From NCBI GenBank assembly GCA_008690995.1, contig VRMN01000001.1:1426001-1490000 (forward strand): a stretch of DNA of 64,000 nucleotides, read 5' to 3'. Below are positions 20,792 to 31,823 of this stretch, one piece after another. Within the stretch, counting starts at the first letter, position 1, and the number at the start of each line of letters is the position of its first letter. The notes beneath the pieces were generated by a model. It did not search any database. It saw only the letters and a program-made list of their open reading frames with translations, and had not been told where the DNA came from. This stretch comes from Porphyridium purpureum. Lineage: Eukaryota. The position numbers and the translations under genes were made by a program.

Positions 20792-21535
20792 TCAGGACAT
20801 GTATCGCGTGCGGTCTGCAGAGTAGACATGCTGGAGCGAGTCTGCAGCATGTAAGTTATCGGCTTCCTCGGCGGCAGACGGTGTGATAGCGGCAACTGGA
20901 TTGTCGAACCCTTCCGGCAGCACACACTGCACCTGTGTGCCCAGCCAAGCCATTCGGTTAATCCACGCCGGTGCGTGCCTTCCGGTGAGCAGGAAGCACA
21001 GCTCATCTGCAAAGTGATTGCAGTTCCGCCGCAACAGATTGTACGAGATACCCTTGTACGTCTCGTTGAGCGCGTCAATCATTCCGGCGAGCGTATCCTC
21101 GTCCACTGATGTGTACCCCATAAAGTGGCTGGAGCGAAACACGGCTTCAGGTGCATCGCGCGGCGCTGTGGTAAAAATTCCCGTCGTGTCGTACATGTGC
21201 CCGCCAAAGGCATACTCCTTGTCGTGCACCTGCACGCCAGAATGAAATAGGCCCAGGCCACCCCAATACAGCCACGAGTTCCATCGGGTAATTGCGTCCG
21301 GATCTTGAGGCATTCTGAGGTCGTACACATTGATGTGCACTGCGTGCTGAGGCGCTGCATCCGGCAACGCCTCGTGACCAGCCATTGAATTCGCCAAACT
21401 GTCATATTCACCATCCCGCTCGCCATCATACTTCATCGCAGGCGGCGGCGGCGGCGAAGGCGCCAATTGCCGACGCTCCTCCGAATGAACTCTGAGCAGG
21501 TGCTCCCGCGCGTCACGCTCCTGTTCGTTGGACAT
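20792..21535 (-). CDS. PPPDE/DeSI family deSUMOylating isopeptidase (C97)
   Basis: INVYDL, FHSGVQV..KEYAFG, YNLLRRNCNHF (His/Cys dyad), P.WINR. Confidence 0.93.
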   Translation of the reverse strand: MSNEQERDAREHLLRVHSEERRQLAPSPPPPPAMKYDGERDGEYDSLANSMAGHEALPDAAPQHAVHINVYDLRMPQDPDAITRWNSWLYWGGLGLFHSGVQVHDKEYAFGGHMYDTTGIFTTAPRDAPEAVFRSSHFMGYTSVDEDTLAGMIDALNETYKGISYNLLRRNCNHFADELCFLLTGRHAPAWINRMAWLGTQVQCVLPEGFDNPVAAITPSAAEEADNLHAADSLQHVYSADRTRYMS

Positions 21536-21942
21536 CTCTCTTGACGGTTACGCGCACGGCCAACCAAAGCTCCCACGAAACGCCGACCCCTGAGCTTGGG
21601 ATTCGGATTCAGTCAGTTGTTATCTTTCCAACCTTTCGGACCTGGCTTGGCTGCTCCGCAGAAACACCACGCGTCGCGCGCGAGGCAGAACAAGTCTGTC
21701 ACGGATCCTCGCACCGTTTGCGTGTTTGCCTCTTTGCGCGAATTGATTTCCTTCTACCTCTTCTTCTCTCCTCTCCCTCTCTCTCTCTGTCTCACTTATC
21801 CGAGCGCTCCTTGCTTTTACGACACCTGTTCCACGGAAGTTACGGCTGCATATCGACGGCACGTGGCGCAACTTAGATTCCCTTGCTGCGCGACTTGCGT
21901 CCCGGCACGCGATCGTCTAGAGGCGCAGCTCTCCGAGCTTGA

Positions 21943-21968
21943 GTGTGTGTGTGTGTGTGTGTGTGTGT
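21943..21968. repeat. (GT)13 microsatellite in a divergent promoter/UTR
   Basis: Read directly. Confidence 0.95.
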
Positions 21969-22046
21969 CGCGGACGAGCGAGCGGCGCGAGCACGAGCGG
22001 CTGCGCGCGTGTGCGCCGAACGAGAAGCAGGCTGCTGACTCCAACC

Positions 22047-23192
22047 ATGGTGGGGTTGGTCGCGGCGGCTGTCCACTGCGCAAGCAGGACTGCGACACGC
22101 GGCGGATCGCAGTCGCGTCACTACGGGCTGTGGGCACGCCAGGCCTCGCGTTCGTCCGCAAGCACAGGCTGCGATTGCGTTCACGCCGCTCAAACTCGAC
22201 ATGCTGTGGCTCAATTCTCAGAGTTGCGCGTGAACTGCGAAGCGAGGCGACGCTTCTTGTCGCTGTCCGCAAAGGGCGGTCGGCGTGCGGCGCACACCAC
22301 GGCTGAGCCAGGGTGGCGGTTCCATTCACTTCGCCACTTCAGCACGGACGAGTTTGGCACGTCGGCAGGCGGGAGCGCAGGCGCCGCGAGCGACGCATCC
22401 AAACCTAATAGTGAGGCCCGCGCGTACAACACGCTACTGATGACGCAAGAGCAGAACGTGGCGGTCGTGCGGCTCAACCGACCCAAAGTGTTGAACGCAT
22501 TTGACGACGAGAGCACGAGCGAATTGCTCGCTGCGCTGCGTGCATGCGACCAGGATCGCACGGTTCGCTGTATCGTGATCACGGGCACAGGTCGCGCGTT
22601 TGCAGCCGGTGCAGACATCTCGGAGATGGCGACTCGAAGCATGCAAGACCAGAGCGCGCAGGACGCCGGCGCCTGGATCGACAGCGTGGCACGCGTTCGC
22701 ACGCCGCTGGTCGCCGCAGTCAATGGTTTTGCGCTGGGTGGCGGCTGTGAGCTCGCCCTGGCATGCGACGTGGTCTTGGCAGCGACGTCGGCGCAGTTTG
22801 GGCAGCCGGAGGTGCAAATTGGTACCATTCCAGGCTGGGGCGGCACACAGCGACTCATCCGCGCCATCGGTAAAGCCAAGGCTATGGAGATGATTCTGAC
22901 GGGCCGCCGTATGCAAGCCGACGAGGCCGAGCGCGCAGGGCTTGTTGCGCGCGTGCTGCCGGACGAGCAGCTCATGGCGGAAGCGCTTGCTGTCGCCACT
23001 GTCATTGCCAGCTACTCGGCGCCTGTGGTTCGCACCGCGAAGCAGTGTGTCAATCTTGCACACGAGGTGCCGCTGTCAGCTGGACTCAAGGCGGAGCGCG
23101 CTGCATTTCACTCCACTTTTGCGCTCGAGGACCAGAAAGAGGGCATGCTTGCCTTCTTGGACAAGCGCTCGCCGCACTGGCGTCACAAGTAA
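22047..23192 (+). CDS. Short-chain enoyl-CoA hydratase (crotonase), probably mitochondrial
   Basis: LNRPKVLNA, AFAAGADI, ALGGGCELA, FGQPEVQIG.IPG.GGTQRL; Arg/Ser-rich presequence. Confidence 0.95.
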   Translation: MVGLVAAAVHCASRTATRGGSQSRHYGLWARQASRSSASTGCDCVHAAQTRHAVAQFSELRVNCEARRRFLSLSAKGGRRAAHTTAEPGWRFHSLRHFSTDEFGTSAGGSAGAASDASKPNSEARAYNTLLMTQEQNVAVVRLNRPKVLNAFDDESTSELLAALRACDQDRTVRCIVITGTGRAFAAGADISEMATRSMQDQSAQDAGAWIDSVARVRTPLVAAVNGFALGGGCELALACDVVLAATSAQFGQPEVQIGTIPGWGGTQRLIRAIGKAKAMEMILTGRRMQADEAERAGLVARVLPDEQLMAEALAVATVIASYSAPVVRTAKQCVNLAHEVPLSAGLKAERAAFHSTFALEDQKEGMLAFLDKRSPHWRHK

Positions 23193-23287
23193 AAGACGAA
23201 GGAGGGGCAGAAAAGGAAGAAAACGAATTTCGAAGAGAGCATAGCAATGCAGAGAATGGTCCAGCATATTCAATAAATGTAATAACC

Positions 23288-24253
23288 TTACTCAAGCACC
23301 GACTCGATGAACGTCTTGACCTGCTGCAGCTCGTGCATGTCTACAGAGTGACCCAGGTTGGGAATGTTCTCATAGTGCACGCGCGAAAATCCCATCTGCT
23401 CCTTGAGCGCTGCCGCGGAGCGCGCTCCGAATGAGGGCTGCACCACAGGATCCTGTGTGCCGTGCGCCATCCACACAGGTGTATCCTTGTTTGCTATTGC
23501 CGCACTGTGCTTCTTAAACTCGCTCAGGAGCGGCAGCCACGTGGACAGCGCGAGCACGCCGCCAATTTTTGTCGGCGAGTGCAAGGCAAAGGCAAGCGCG
23601 ATCGCGCCGCCCTGCGAAAATCCGCCCACTATCACATGTGCAGGGTCAATGCCGCGCGCTACTTGGGCGTCTACAATGCGCTGCACGCGCGCCACGCCGG
23701 CCAAAATGTTATCGCGGTCTTCCTTCACACTGCCCACATCGCGGTTATCGGCGACGGGAAACTCGTACAGGTCAAACCACGCGCGCTGCCGCATTCCACC
23801 ATTGATGCTGACAGGTAATTCTGCCGCGGTGGGCAGAATCACACGCGCGCGCCCGCCGCACAACGGCGAGATCGCAGAGAACGCTGGATGCCAGCCGTGC
23901 CCAGAGTCGCCCAGCCCGTGCAGAAAGATCACCGCACCAGAAGCACTCGCAGCATCCGGCGCGGCGTCAATAACGACTATGTCGCCGAGATCGTGACCAG
24001 CGCCCGCCATGCTGGTGCTTTTGCCAGCTCTCGAGTGTGTTTGCGCGGCGCCGGCCACTCTCGCGAGTGATGGATTCTGATGCGCCGCAATTTGGTACTC
24101 CGACGCTAGCGCCGAAGAGCGCGGTGACAGTAGCAAACGCCGCGAGCGCAAAGTCAGAAACACGGCGGCGCACGCAAACGCAAACGCCATGAGCAAAACC
24201 ACCCCAAGACCAGCGGATGGCGCGAATCGACCTTGCTCGTGATGTCTTGGCAT
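23288..24253 (-). CDS. Acyl-protein thioesterase / phospholipase-carboxylesterase
   Basis: FLHGLGDSG, AWFD, GGFSQGG, HGTQDPVV, GHS. Start could also be ATG 24010. Confidence 0.93.
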   Translation of the reverse strand: MPRHHEQGRFAPSAGLGVVLLMAFAFACAAVFLTLRSRRLLLSPRSSALASEYQIAAHQNPSLARVAGAAQTHSRAGKSTSMAGAGHDLGDIVVIDAAPDAASASGAVIFLHGLGDSGHGWHPAFSAISPLCGGRARVILPTAAELPVSINGGMRQRAWFDLYEFPVADNRDVGSVKEDRDNILAGVARVQRIVDAQVARGIDPAHVIVGGFSQGGAIALAFALHSPTKIGGVLALSTWLPLLSEFKKHSAAIANKDTPVWMAHGTQDPVVQPSFGARSAAALKEQMGFSRVHYENIPNLGHSVDMHELQQVKTFIESVLE

Positions 24254-24345
24254 TTCGATCGACAGGAATGGAAAAAAATGTAAAAAATTTTGGAACTCCT
24301 TGACCTGGCACAGCTGCGGAGGAGGGGTCCTAGCTTCCCGCGGCA

Positions 24346-25956
24346 ATGGTGCTGCGCGAGCCGGTGTGGCTGTCGAACGCGCGCAAAGTAATTGCCCATC
24401 ACGCGAGAGCCGTGCTGCGGTATTCTGAACGGCGAAACCCGTATCGATTCGGATATGATGGCGGGCTGAATGCGTCAACGAGCCGGCCTGGGACAAAATC
24501 GTCTAGTGCGTGGATATGGACTGTGTCGGTCTTGGCAATATGGCTGTATGTGCTCCAGCTGCTTGTGCCCTTTGCGTGTGCGCCGTCGCACCATGATGCG
24601 AGGCCGTCGGATGCATTTGTGCCACCTCGAACGAGACGGTTCCAAACATTAGTACCCGAGCCGCGGCCGCTGGCGTTCGCTGTGTGGGTCGACGCGGCTT
24701 CGTATATGCACACCGCGAGGCTCATCGATGCACTCTTTCGCCCTGTCGCACATAATGATGTCCTTTTCGTGCTGCCTGACGCGTCTGTGCCGCGCGAGGC
24801 CGTCGCTCAGTTGCGGGCAAGGCTTGCTGGAAACGAAGCGCAAGGGAAGCTCCATGTGCTGGCGCCGGAGGCGGTAACAGAACATGGTGTGTCGCTGTTA
24901 TTGGCGTACCTGAGCATGATACAGCTCGCACTGTGTCACGCGGAGCAGCCCCAATGGACGCATACGCTCCTGCTGCGCGCCAGCGACTATCCGCAAGTGC
25001 CGCATCGCGTGCTGCGCGAGCTTGTGACGTCCACCCGACCACTGCCGCGTGCTGAAAGCCAGGTCGGATTGCAAGCGCAGGACGTGTCACTCTTGGACGA
25101 GGCTGATTATGTTTTGTGCAAGCCAGGTGCTCATGAGCACATGCGGGAATCACGATCCGGCGACTTTGATCACGCGTCGTTGCTCAGCGTTGACGCACGC
25201 GAGGCATGGGCACGCCACCGCTCGCGGTGGGAAAATCTCTTTTTTGATGCAGCGACTGCGGTGTATCCCGAGTGGTCGGGTTCAAAGCCGCAGAAGCGAA
25301 ACATGAGCACCACCGAGGCGAGCATGATCGCGCCGAGCGAGCTCAACTCCGAGCTCGTGTACCGCTGGCCTCGGGGTCGGCCGTGTATTAATGGCAGCAT
25401 GCCATGTCCGGCGTACTTGAGCGTGTGGCACCCTCGCAGCTTGCCACGCTGCTCGCGCCTGGCAATGCTCAGCCGGGAGCTCGCTGCGTGCGCCGTGTGG
25501 TCGCCGCGTGCTCGCGCTCTCGAAGCTGTCTTGGCCACCGCCAAGTGGCCTGTGGAGCACTACTTTTGTACACTAGCCGTCTACTCGTCGTTTTATTGCG
25601 CGGACGGTCAACTAGAGCACTCCTTTGGAGTCCCACCGAAACCGCGTGTGCGTGCTCCGACGCTGGTGAACGCATCCAACATAAGCAGCAGCAGCGTCAT
25701 CGCGGGCGCGCGTCTTGACGTCAAACTGTCGCCCAAGCAACGCTCAGCGCTCGAGAAGGCAGCGAGCGGAGCTGCGTTCGTGGAGGAAGAAATGCTTGAC
25801 TTGCTTCGGACAAGCCTGTTTCTCCGTGAACTGGACGAACCAGAGTCAGCGTCATCCAGTGGTGCAATGATGTCCGCGAAACGTACCAGCGCAAAGCCGT
25901 TGCGCGACATCATTGATCGACTAGTGGAGCAGCGTAGCTCGCGCCTCCAGATATGA
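24346..25956 (+). CDS. Divergent GT14 (core-2/I-branching/xylosyltransferase)-like type II membrane protein
   Basis: N-terminal TM, LAFAVWV, RLIDALF, GVSLL, W...LL.ASDYP, MLSR, P.EHYF parallel the motifs of 46650-48365. Confidence 0.6.
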   Translation: MVLREPVWLSNARKVIAHHARAVLRYSERRNPYRFGYDGGLNASTSRPGTKSSSAWIWTVSVLAIWLYVLQLLVPFACAPSHHDARPSDAFVPPRTRRFQTLVPEPRPLAFAVWVDAASYMHTARLIDALFRPVAHNDVLFVLPDASVPREAVAQLRARLAGNEAQGKLHVLAPEAVTEHGVSLLLAYLSMIQLALCHAEQPQWTHTLLLRASDYPQVPHRVLRELVTSTRPLPRAESQVGLQAQDVSLLDEADYVLCKPGAHEHMRESRSGDFDHASLLSVDAREAWARHRSRWENLFFDAATAVYPEWSGSKPQKRNMSTTEASMIAPSELNSELVYRWPRGRPCINGSMPCPAYLSVWHPRSLPRCSRLAMLSRELAACAVWSPRARALEAVLATAKWPVEHYFCTLAVYSSFYCADGQLEHSFGVPPKPRVRAPTLVNASNISSSSVIAGARLDVKLSPKQRSALEKAASGAAFVEEEMLDLLRTSLFLRELDEPESASSSGAMMSAKRTSAKPLRDIIDRLVEQRSSRLQI

Positions 25957-26244
25957 CAGACGAGCCACTCCAGCAATGGCTGTTACCCTAAATGTTTTCA
26001 TTTTGGCTCCTTGTGACCCAAGACGTCATGGCGTCGTTTGTGTCGAGTGCAGAAGGGAATACAGATGAAACGAAAAGTCAAGCCTCCGCCTGGTTAAAGC
26101 TTCCATCACAAGCTGACATCGTATTCCACTCCAATGCTGCAACGGTCTGCATGAAACGCAGTGGAACACACAGCAAGTGCACCGCAACAGAAGACGCGCC
26201 ACGATCTTTACCCAAAAGGAAGCCATGATCTATTCTATGATCCA

Positions 26245-27675
26245 CTAGCGAGCTGCTTGTGCGGCCGGGTTTCCGGTGGTACCAGAGGACGTACTAGAGC
26301 CAGCTGCGGCGACGCTCTGGTCCATGTACTTGCCCGGATTTGCCTTGAAACGCTGCTGGTATAGCATGATTGTATCGTACAGAACCTCCTTGTCAAAGTC
26401 CGCAGTGACTTTCGCGCTGCCCAGCGCGTCGAGCAGAATGAGCTTGAGCACGCCGGCCTCCACCTTTTTGTCCACAGACATGTAGCGCATGAATGACTCG
26501 ATAGCCATCGTTGGCGGTGGCACGATCGGCAGCGAGACGCGTGCGAGCAACGCTTCAGTTCGAGAGACGACCTCGCGCGGAAGCCAGCCCAGCCGGCAGC
26601 TCATCTCGGCAGCCATGACCATGCCCGCGGCAACGGCCTCACCATGCAACCAGCTGCCATAGCCTTCGTGCGCCTCGATGGCATGCCCGAATGTGTGTCC
26701 CAAGTTCAGAATGGCGCGCACCCCTCCTTCGCGCTCGTCCGCAGCAACCACGCCCGCCTTGCATTGGCAGCTCACGCGCATGGCGTGGCGTAGCACACTT
26801 GGGTCGCGCGACATGAGCGCGTCCATGTTGGCTTCAAGATATTCGAAGAACGCAGCATCCGCAATCAGACCATACTTGACAATCTCAGCCACGCCCGCTG
26901 CGTACTGGCGGTTGTCCAGCGTGCGCAACGCCAGCGCGTCCACCAGCACTGCGGTAGGCTGATAAAAGGCACCAATCATATTTTTCCCCGCCGGATGGTT
27001 GACGGCAGTCTTGCCGCCGACCGCCGAGTCCACGACCGCAAGGAGCGTCGTGGGCAGTTGCACAAAGTCAATACCGCGTACAAAGGTCGCTGCTGCAAAA
27101 CCTGCAATGTCGCCCACAACGCCGCCACCAAGTGCAAACAGCGTCGACTTGCGGTCGAGCTGCGCCGACATGCACGCGTCCCACACGCGACCGAGCGACG
27201 CGACGCTCTTGTACTGCTCGCCGTCCGGCAGGACCTCGACAAACACTTGTTTGCCTGCGCGCTCGAGCGCATCCCGTACGCGCGCCATGTACAGCGGTCC
27301 CACCTTATCGTTTGTCACAATCAGCGCTTTGTGTCCGCGGCACAGGCTGCCCAGCAGCGTGACATCGCTCAGCACATTCTCTCCAAACACAATCGGGTAG
27401 GTGCGCGACGCTGCTTGAACCGTCAGCTCCTCCCGCTCAGAGCCCGCGGTCTGCACGGCGCCCGTGTCTACGGCCATTTTCCACGCACGCGCTGCGTGAT
27501 GTCGGCCGGCCGCTCGCACGAGCGCGTGCGACGAACGCGCCCCAGCCGCAACGGCGCCGAGCGACGACGGCCACGCCTTCGACGCCAGCGCGTCACTACC
27601 ACGGCCTCCGCACAATCCCACCGGCCGGCGCGCGGTGTCCACTGCTGCCGCCGAGAAAGCCGACGCAAACGCCAT
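26245..27675 (-). CDS. aroB: 3-dehydroquinate synthase, plastid-targeted
   Basis: LPDGEQYKS, LGGGVVGD, PTTLLAVVDSAVGGKT, KNMIGAFYQP, LNLGHTFGHAIE, HGEAV, DKK; MAF transit-peptide start. Confidence 0.97.
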   Translation of the reverse strand: MAFASAFSAAAVDTARRPVGLCGGRGSDALASKAWPSSLGAVAAGARSSHALVRAAGRHHAARAWKMAVDTGAVQTAGSEREELTVQAASRTYPIVFGENVLSDVTLLGSLCRGHKALIVTNDKVGPLYMARVRDALERAGKQVFVEVLPDGEQYKSVASLGRVWDACMSAQLDRKSTLFALGGGVVGDIAGFAAATFVRGIDFVQLPTTLLAVVDSAVGGKTAVNHPAGKNMIGAFYQPTAVLVDALALRTLDNRQYAAGVAEIVKYGLIADAAFFEYLEANMDALMSRDPSVLRHAMRVSCQCKAGVVAADEREGGVRAILNLGHTFGHAIEAHEGYGSWLHGEAVAAGMVMAAEMSCRLGWLPREVVSRTEALLARVSLPIVPPPTMAIESFMRYMSVDKKVEAGVLKLILLDALGSAKVTADFDKEVLYDTIMLYQQRFKANPGKYMDQSVAAAGSSTSSGTTGNPAAQAAR

Positions 27676-27770
27676 CGTCATGTCGCGCGAATCCCTCAAC
27701 CACCTGCGCCGCGCTCGCCCCGTGCTCTCTGCTCTCACGGCCCGAGCACGCCCAAACCGTCCGCGCGCAG

Positions 27771-27799
27771 AAACCCTAAATAACCCTAATCGTAGGGTT
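27771..27799. promoter_or_regulatory. Telo-box-like cluster AAACCCTA/AACCCTA/TAGGGTT in the aroB-MED6 divergent promoter
   Basis: AAACCCTAAATAACCCTAATCGTAGGGTT read directly; function inferred from plant telo-boxes. Confidence 0.55.
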
Positions 27800-27994
27800 G
27801 CGTCGATTCGGCAGAAACCCTACCCCCGCAAGGGTGTACAGTAAGTACACTGCAACCGAGTCCGATTTCGGCAATGCGGTGCGGCTGCAAAGAGCAAGCG
27901 CCAAGCGTGTGTGTGTGTGTGTGTGTCTCTCTCTCTCCCTGTCTCTGTGTCGTTGGCTGCACGGACGGTGAGTGCTCTCGCGCCAGGTTTGGCC

Positions 27995-28804
27995 ATGGCG
28001 GCGGACGGTGGTGTGTCAGCAGCAGCTCCGGATGCCGGTGGCGGGATTGCGCAGGAAGATGATCTGAGAGAGATTTCGTTCATGGACAAGACGTGGCTGT
28101 CGTACTTTCCGCTCAACGTGCACACCGCCCTGGACTACTTTGCCCTGTCGCCGTTCTACGACCGGTCCAGTAATAATGAGCTCGTGCGCCAGCAACGGCT
28201 GGACCTGTCTGTGCTGCGTGGGATGACCGGAATCCAATTTACCCTCGTCCAGCAGGGTGGTGCCAACCAGAATCCATATGCGGGTCAAGACCAGGCGCAA
28301 GCCTCCATGGTCGCCGCGGGTGATACATCTCTGTTCGTGGTGCAAAAGGCACGCCGTGAATCGGAAAAGGTGCTGGTGCCGCTGCAGTACTATTATATTT
28401 GTATGGGAAAGGTGTACGTGGCGCCCGTGGCGACAGACGTGTTCTCTGCACGTCTGGCACACTGCATGTTCCATGTGCAGAACGCGTTTTCAAACACGCT
28501 GCGCCATGCCACGCTTGACGTGGACGGAATGTACAAGTACCGCTACTCGACTCGGAAAGCTGCCACGGAGCCGGCGACAAAAGAAGGAATGCCTCAGCCC
28601 ACGAATGGCGGCGGTGAAGAAGGGCAGCCGCTGGTGAATGCAAACTTGGCCAGTCAAAACATTCCGCGCAAGGGAGCTGCAACGCAAGTCAAGGATAAGA
28701 TGCGTGTTGGAATGCATCCGGCGCTGGGCGTGGCGGCCGCGCGCATCGCAAAGCGAAACAATCTTCAGCGCATGGTGATCCGCTCCGGGCGCGGCAATAG
28801 CTAG
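27995..28804 (+). CDS. MED6: Mediator subunit 6
   Basis: ALDYFALSPFYDRSSNNE, MTGIQF, LFVVQK, YYICMGKVYVAP. Confidence 0.9.
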   Translation: MAADGGVSAAAPDAGGGIAQEDDLREISFMDKTWLSYFPLNVHTALDYFALSPFYDRSSNNELVRQQRLDLSVLRGMTGIQFTLVQQGGANQNPYAGQDQAQASMVAAGDTSLFVVQKARRESEKVLVPLQYYYICMGKVYVAPVATDVFSARLAHCMFHVQNAFSNTLRHATLDVDGMYKYRYSTRKAATEPATKEGMPQPTNGGGEEGQPLVNANLASQNIPRKGAATQVKDKMRVGMHPALGVAAARIAKRNNLQRMVIRSGRGNS

Positions 28805-28937
28805 GCGCCGCGCGATCGCTTCACAGGCTTTGGTGTGAATGCTAAATCCTGTTCAAATAATAAACAAAAAGGCATTCTTATTTTACTCACAAACTCGCCT
28901 CGGTCGTCCGGTGATGAAGCGTGCACCGCCTCTGCGC

Positions 28938-29774
28938 TTATCCAAGTGATAGCTTGCCTTTGCTTTTCGACGCTTTCGAATTTTTCTTGTCATGTCCGGG
29001 CACAGTCGCACCGCCATGTAATCTTTCTTCGTGCTGCTTCCCGCTTCCGTGAAGCATTGGGAGATGTGATGTGAAGCCGCGCGGTGTCAGAATGCTTGCC
29101 ATGGATGTTGATCCCGAGCTGGGACTCTTGGCTTGCTGTTCCGCTGTCTTGGGCGGTCTTGACCTCGTCGGGGAACTGATTTCGCTCTCCGTGTTGTTTT
29201 TGGGAGACACCGCAGAGCCTGCGTGAGTGTGACCTCTGGCTCCCATGCCACCGGGCTCACGGCGTCGCTCTTCCATTCGCGCTCTGCGCTTGGCGTTCTG
29301 TAACTCCTTGATTAGCTCGCGCTCACGCTCCTTTTCCGAAATGCGCTCCTGTCGCAACGCCTCGGTGTCCTCCTTGAGCGTGCTAAAGGTACCGGAGCCG
29401 GACTTGCGGAAGCTGCCCATTTGCGCCGGAGAGGTAGGGCTGTTCATGTTGTTTCTAGGACTGATTGTCATACCAGCCCCAGACACGGCGGTGGCTGCCA
29501 CCTCCAGATGTAGCGCTCCCGCCTCACCCAGCTGCATGTTCTGCATGGCCAGCCGTGGCGACAATGAAATGTAGCCGGACTGACTGGTGCGGTCCGAATC
29601 GGCGAACTTGCTTTTCTGCTGCAAGATGTCCGAACCCTCGCGCGGTGTGAGCGTCAGACCTTGCGGCACGCTAGATCGCCGCTTTGACAGACCCGAGGGC
29701 GACATGGAGCTCGTACTTTCCGCGCCCGCTGGTGCGGTGCCAGGTTGCGACGTCGCCGTTGCCATTTGCGCCAT
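28938..29774 (-). CDS. Hypothetical Ser/Pro-rich disordered protein with a coiled coil
   Basis: Long ORF with many SPR/TPR sites and a charged helix; no recognised domain; possible splice acceptor (TTACAG) just upstream. Confidence 0.6.
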   Translation of the reverse strand: MAQMATATSQPGTAPAGAESTSSMSPSGLSKRRSSVPQGLTLTPREGSDILQQKSKFADSDRTSQSGYISLSPRLAMQNMQLGEAGALHLEVAATAVSGAGMTISPRNNMNSPTSPAQMGSFRKSGSGTFSTLKEDTEALRQERISEKERERELIKELQNAKRRARMEERRREPGGMGARGHTHAGSAVSPKNNTESEISSPTRSRPPKTAEQQAKSPSSGSTSMASILTPRGFTSHLPMLHGSGKQHEERLHGGATVPGHDKKNSKASKSKGKLSLG

Positions 29775-30517
29775 GAATTCGCCAGACTGTGTGTCCGATG
29801 CCACACGGACCTGTAACTGACTGGGAGCAGTGACAATGCTGCTTCGGCAGTGCTACGCGACGACCGCGATGAGTTCTCACTCCCACCCGCAGTTCCACTC
29901 GAACGCACACACCCGAGTGCCCACGCAAGAAAGTCAAAGCCACCTACACGTTGCCCCAATCGTGCGCTGCTCCTCTGCTGCTTCAGGCAAGCGCGTGGAC
30001 ACAAGTGCCGGTAGACGTTATGCGCGCATTTGCGGACACACGCAACAAGCACAACAGCCACGCAAGCGCCACACCCGACGCACATGCGTGGGCGCACTCC
30101 GCTCGTCCCTCGCTCCCCCTCCTGACAACCGCGCACACGCGCCAGGACACGCAGCACACGTACAGCGCGCACTGTACTTCCCCTTTTGCTTCCACGCACG
30201 CCGCGACTTACAGCAATGGATAAACAGTACCCCGCTGTACACCCACAGCGGTGCGCCGATTTTTTTTCTTCCTCTTTTTTTTTTTTGTTGCGTTGCACGC
30301 ACGCAGCGCCTACATGGGCGTGAGCAAGCGGGAGAGACGAGCGAGAGGGACAGGTAGACAGACAAGCGAGGCGGTGACGATCGTGAGCGTCTCGCGGCAC
30401 GACGACGACGAGGAGCAACAACAGCGGGTGAACGTGTGTGACAAGCGACACGCGCAAGATACAGTGCGACGTGAACGGGGTTGCGGAGGTATCTGGTCTG
30501 TTCGCCGCGCGTCTCTG

Positions 30518-31513
30518 ATGGCGGCGTGTCTGAGCGAGCAGGAGCGCGGCATGCTCCGCGCAATGCTGCGTGCGCACACGTGCGGCGAGCTCGTCGCGGG
30601 GCAGAAGCCGATTACGATCCCGGCAGACGCAACCGTGGCCGAGGCGTGCGATATTCTCGCCCGCAACGGCATTCTGTCTGCCCTGCTCGAACATCCGGAG
30701 GGAAGCGGCTTGACGGGCTTTGCGGGCTACTTTTCGTACCGCTCGCTCCTGTATTGGTTTCTGAAGCGCCACCCGGCATATAGCGACGAGGGCGGAAGCT
30801 CGGAAATGCCCCATTCTGCGATGGATTTGCGCGAGGTGATTGCGCAGGCCGGCGCGTCCGACACCAAGGCGGTCGACTACTGCGCCGAACGCGGCAAGGA
30901 GTCCAAGGTGCTGCTCCCGTCCGACTCGCTTGGTAAGGCAGTGCTTCTGTTTGGCGAGGGCTTGCACCGGTGCAGCGTGGTGGAGAACGACTGCGTGCTC
31001 GGCACGCTGTCGCAGTCGCTCACTCTCCGCTTCATTGCTAATCATTCCGCGGAAGTCCGACCAGCGCTCTTGCACACGTTGGCCGAGTTCGGCTTGGGCG
31101 AGAGCCGCGCTATCGTGCTGGAGCAGCGTAAAAACGTCATCGAGGGCATGCATATCATGCAGAAGAACAAGCTATCTGCGCTGGCCGTCGTTGACCAGAA
31201 CGGGAGGCTTGTGGGTAATCTGAGCCTGTCGGACATCAAGTACATCTTCCGCACGCGCAGCTATTCCATGCTGTGGTATACCGCACAGAACTTTATCAAG
31301 ATCTTGCGAGAGCGCGCCGCGCTGGAGGAGAATGCCGGTATGGACACGTTTCCTTTCTTTGATATTTCTCGTGAACGCACGCTCGAGATCGCGATACAGA
31401 AGATGATTGCGACGCGTGTGCATCACCTGTGGGTCGTCGATACTGCAGGCGTGCCGATTGGTGTTGTTTCCATCACCGACATAATGCGCGTGCTCAGCGT
31501 CGATATCGAGTAA
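30518..31513 (+). CDS. CBS-domain protein (AMPK gamma/SNF4/Sds23-like)
   Basis: Repeated CBS motifs TVAEACDILARNGI, LSALAVVD..GRLVGNLSLSDI, HHLWVVD..GVPIGVVSITDI. Start uncertain (ATG 30314 is in frame). Confidence 0.88.
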   Translation: MAACLSEQERGMLRAMLRAHTCGELVAGQKPITIPADATVAEACDILARNGILSALLEHPEGSGLTGFAGYFSYRSLLYWFLKRHPAYSDEGGSSEMPHSAMDLREVIAQAGASDTKAVDYCAERGKESKVLLPSDSLGKAVLLFGEGLHRCSVVENDCVLGTLSQSLTLRFIANHSAEVRPALLHTLAEFGLGESRAIVLEQRKNVIEGMHIMQKNKLSALAVVDQNGRLVGNLSLSDIKYIFRTRSYSMLWYTAQNFIKILRERAALEENAGMDTFPFFDISRERTLEIAIQKMIATRVHHLWVVDTAGVPIGVVSITDIMRVLSVDIE

Positions 31514-31823
31514 CATGTAGGGCGAGTGAACGTCGAGTAAAGCCAAATCGTTTGCAGGGCTAGCGCAACGCGAAGAAAGAGCCTCTGCTGACGTGATTGA
31601 CCGCGCGTCACAGAAGGTTCAGCCTTGTACTTTGCGAGTAACTCCAACCCGGGGAAGCTGACGCAGCGGGAAAGAAGAAGCAAGAAAAGAAAAAGTCTCG
31701 TTTAGAACTATGCCTGAGCAACACGGAAAATGGAGAAGAGGCGGAATGACCCACGCAAGTACTAACACTCACTCTGCACCGAGAGCACATGCGCTCTGTG
31801 CGGGGTTCAAGCTGGCGACAAGT

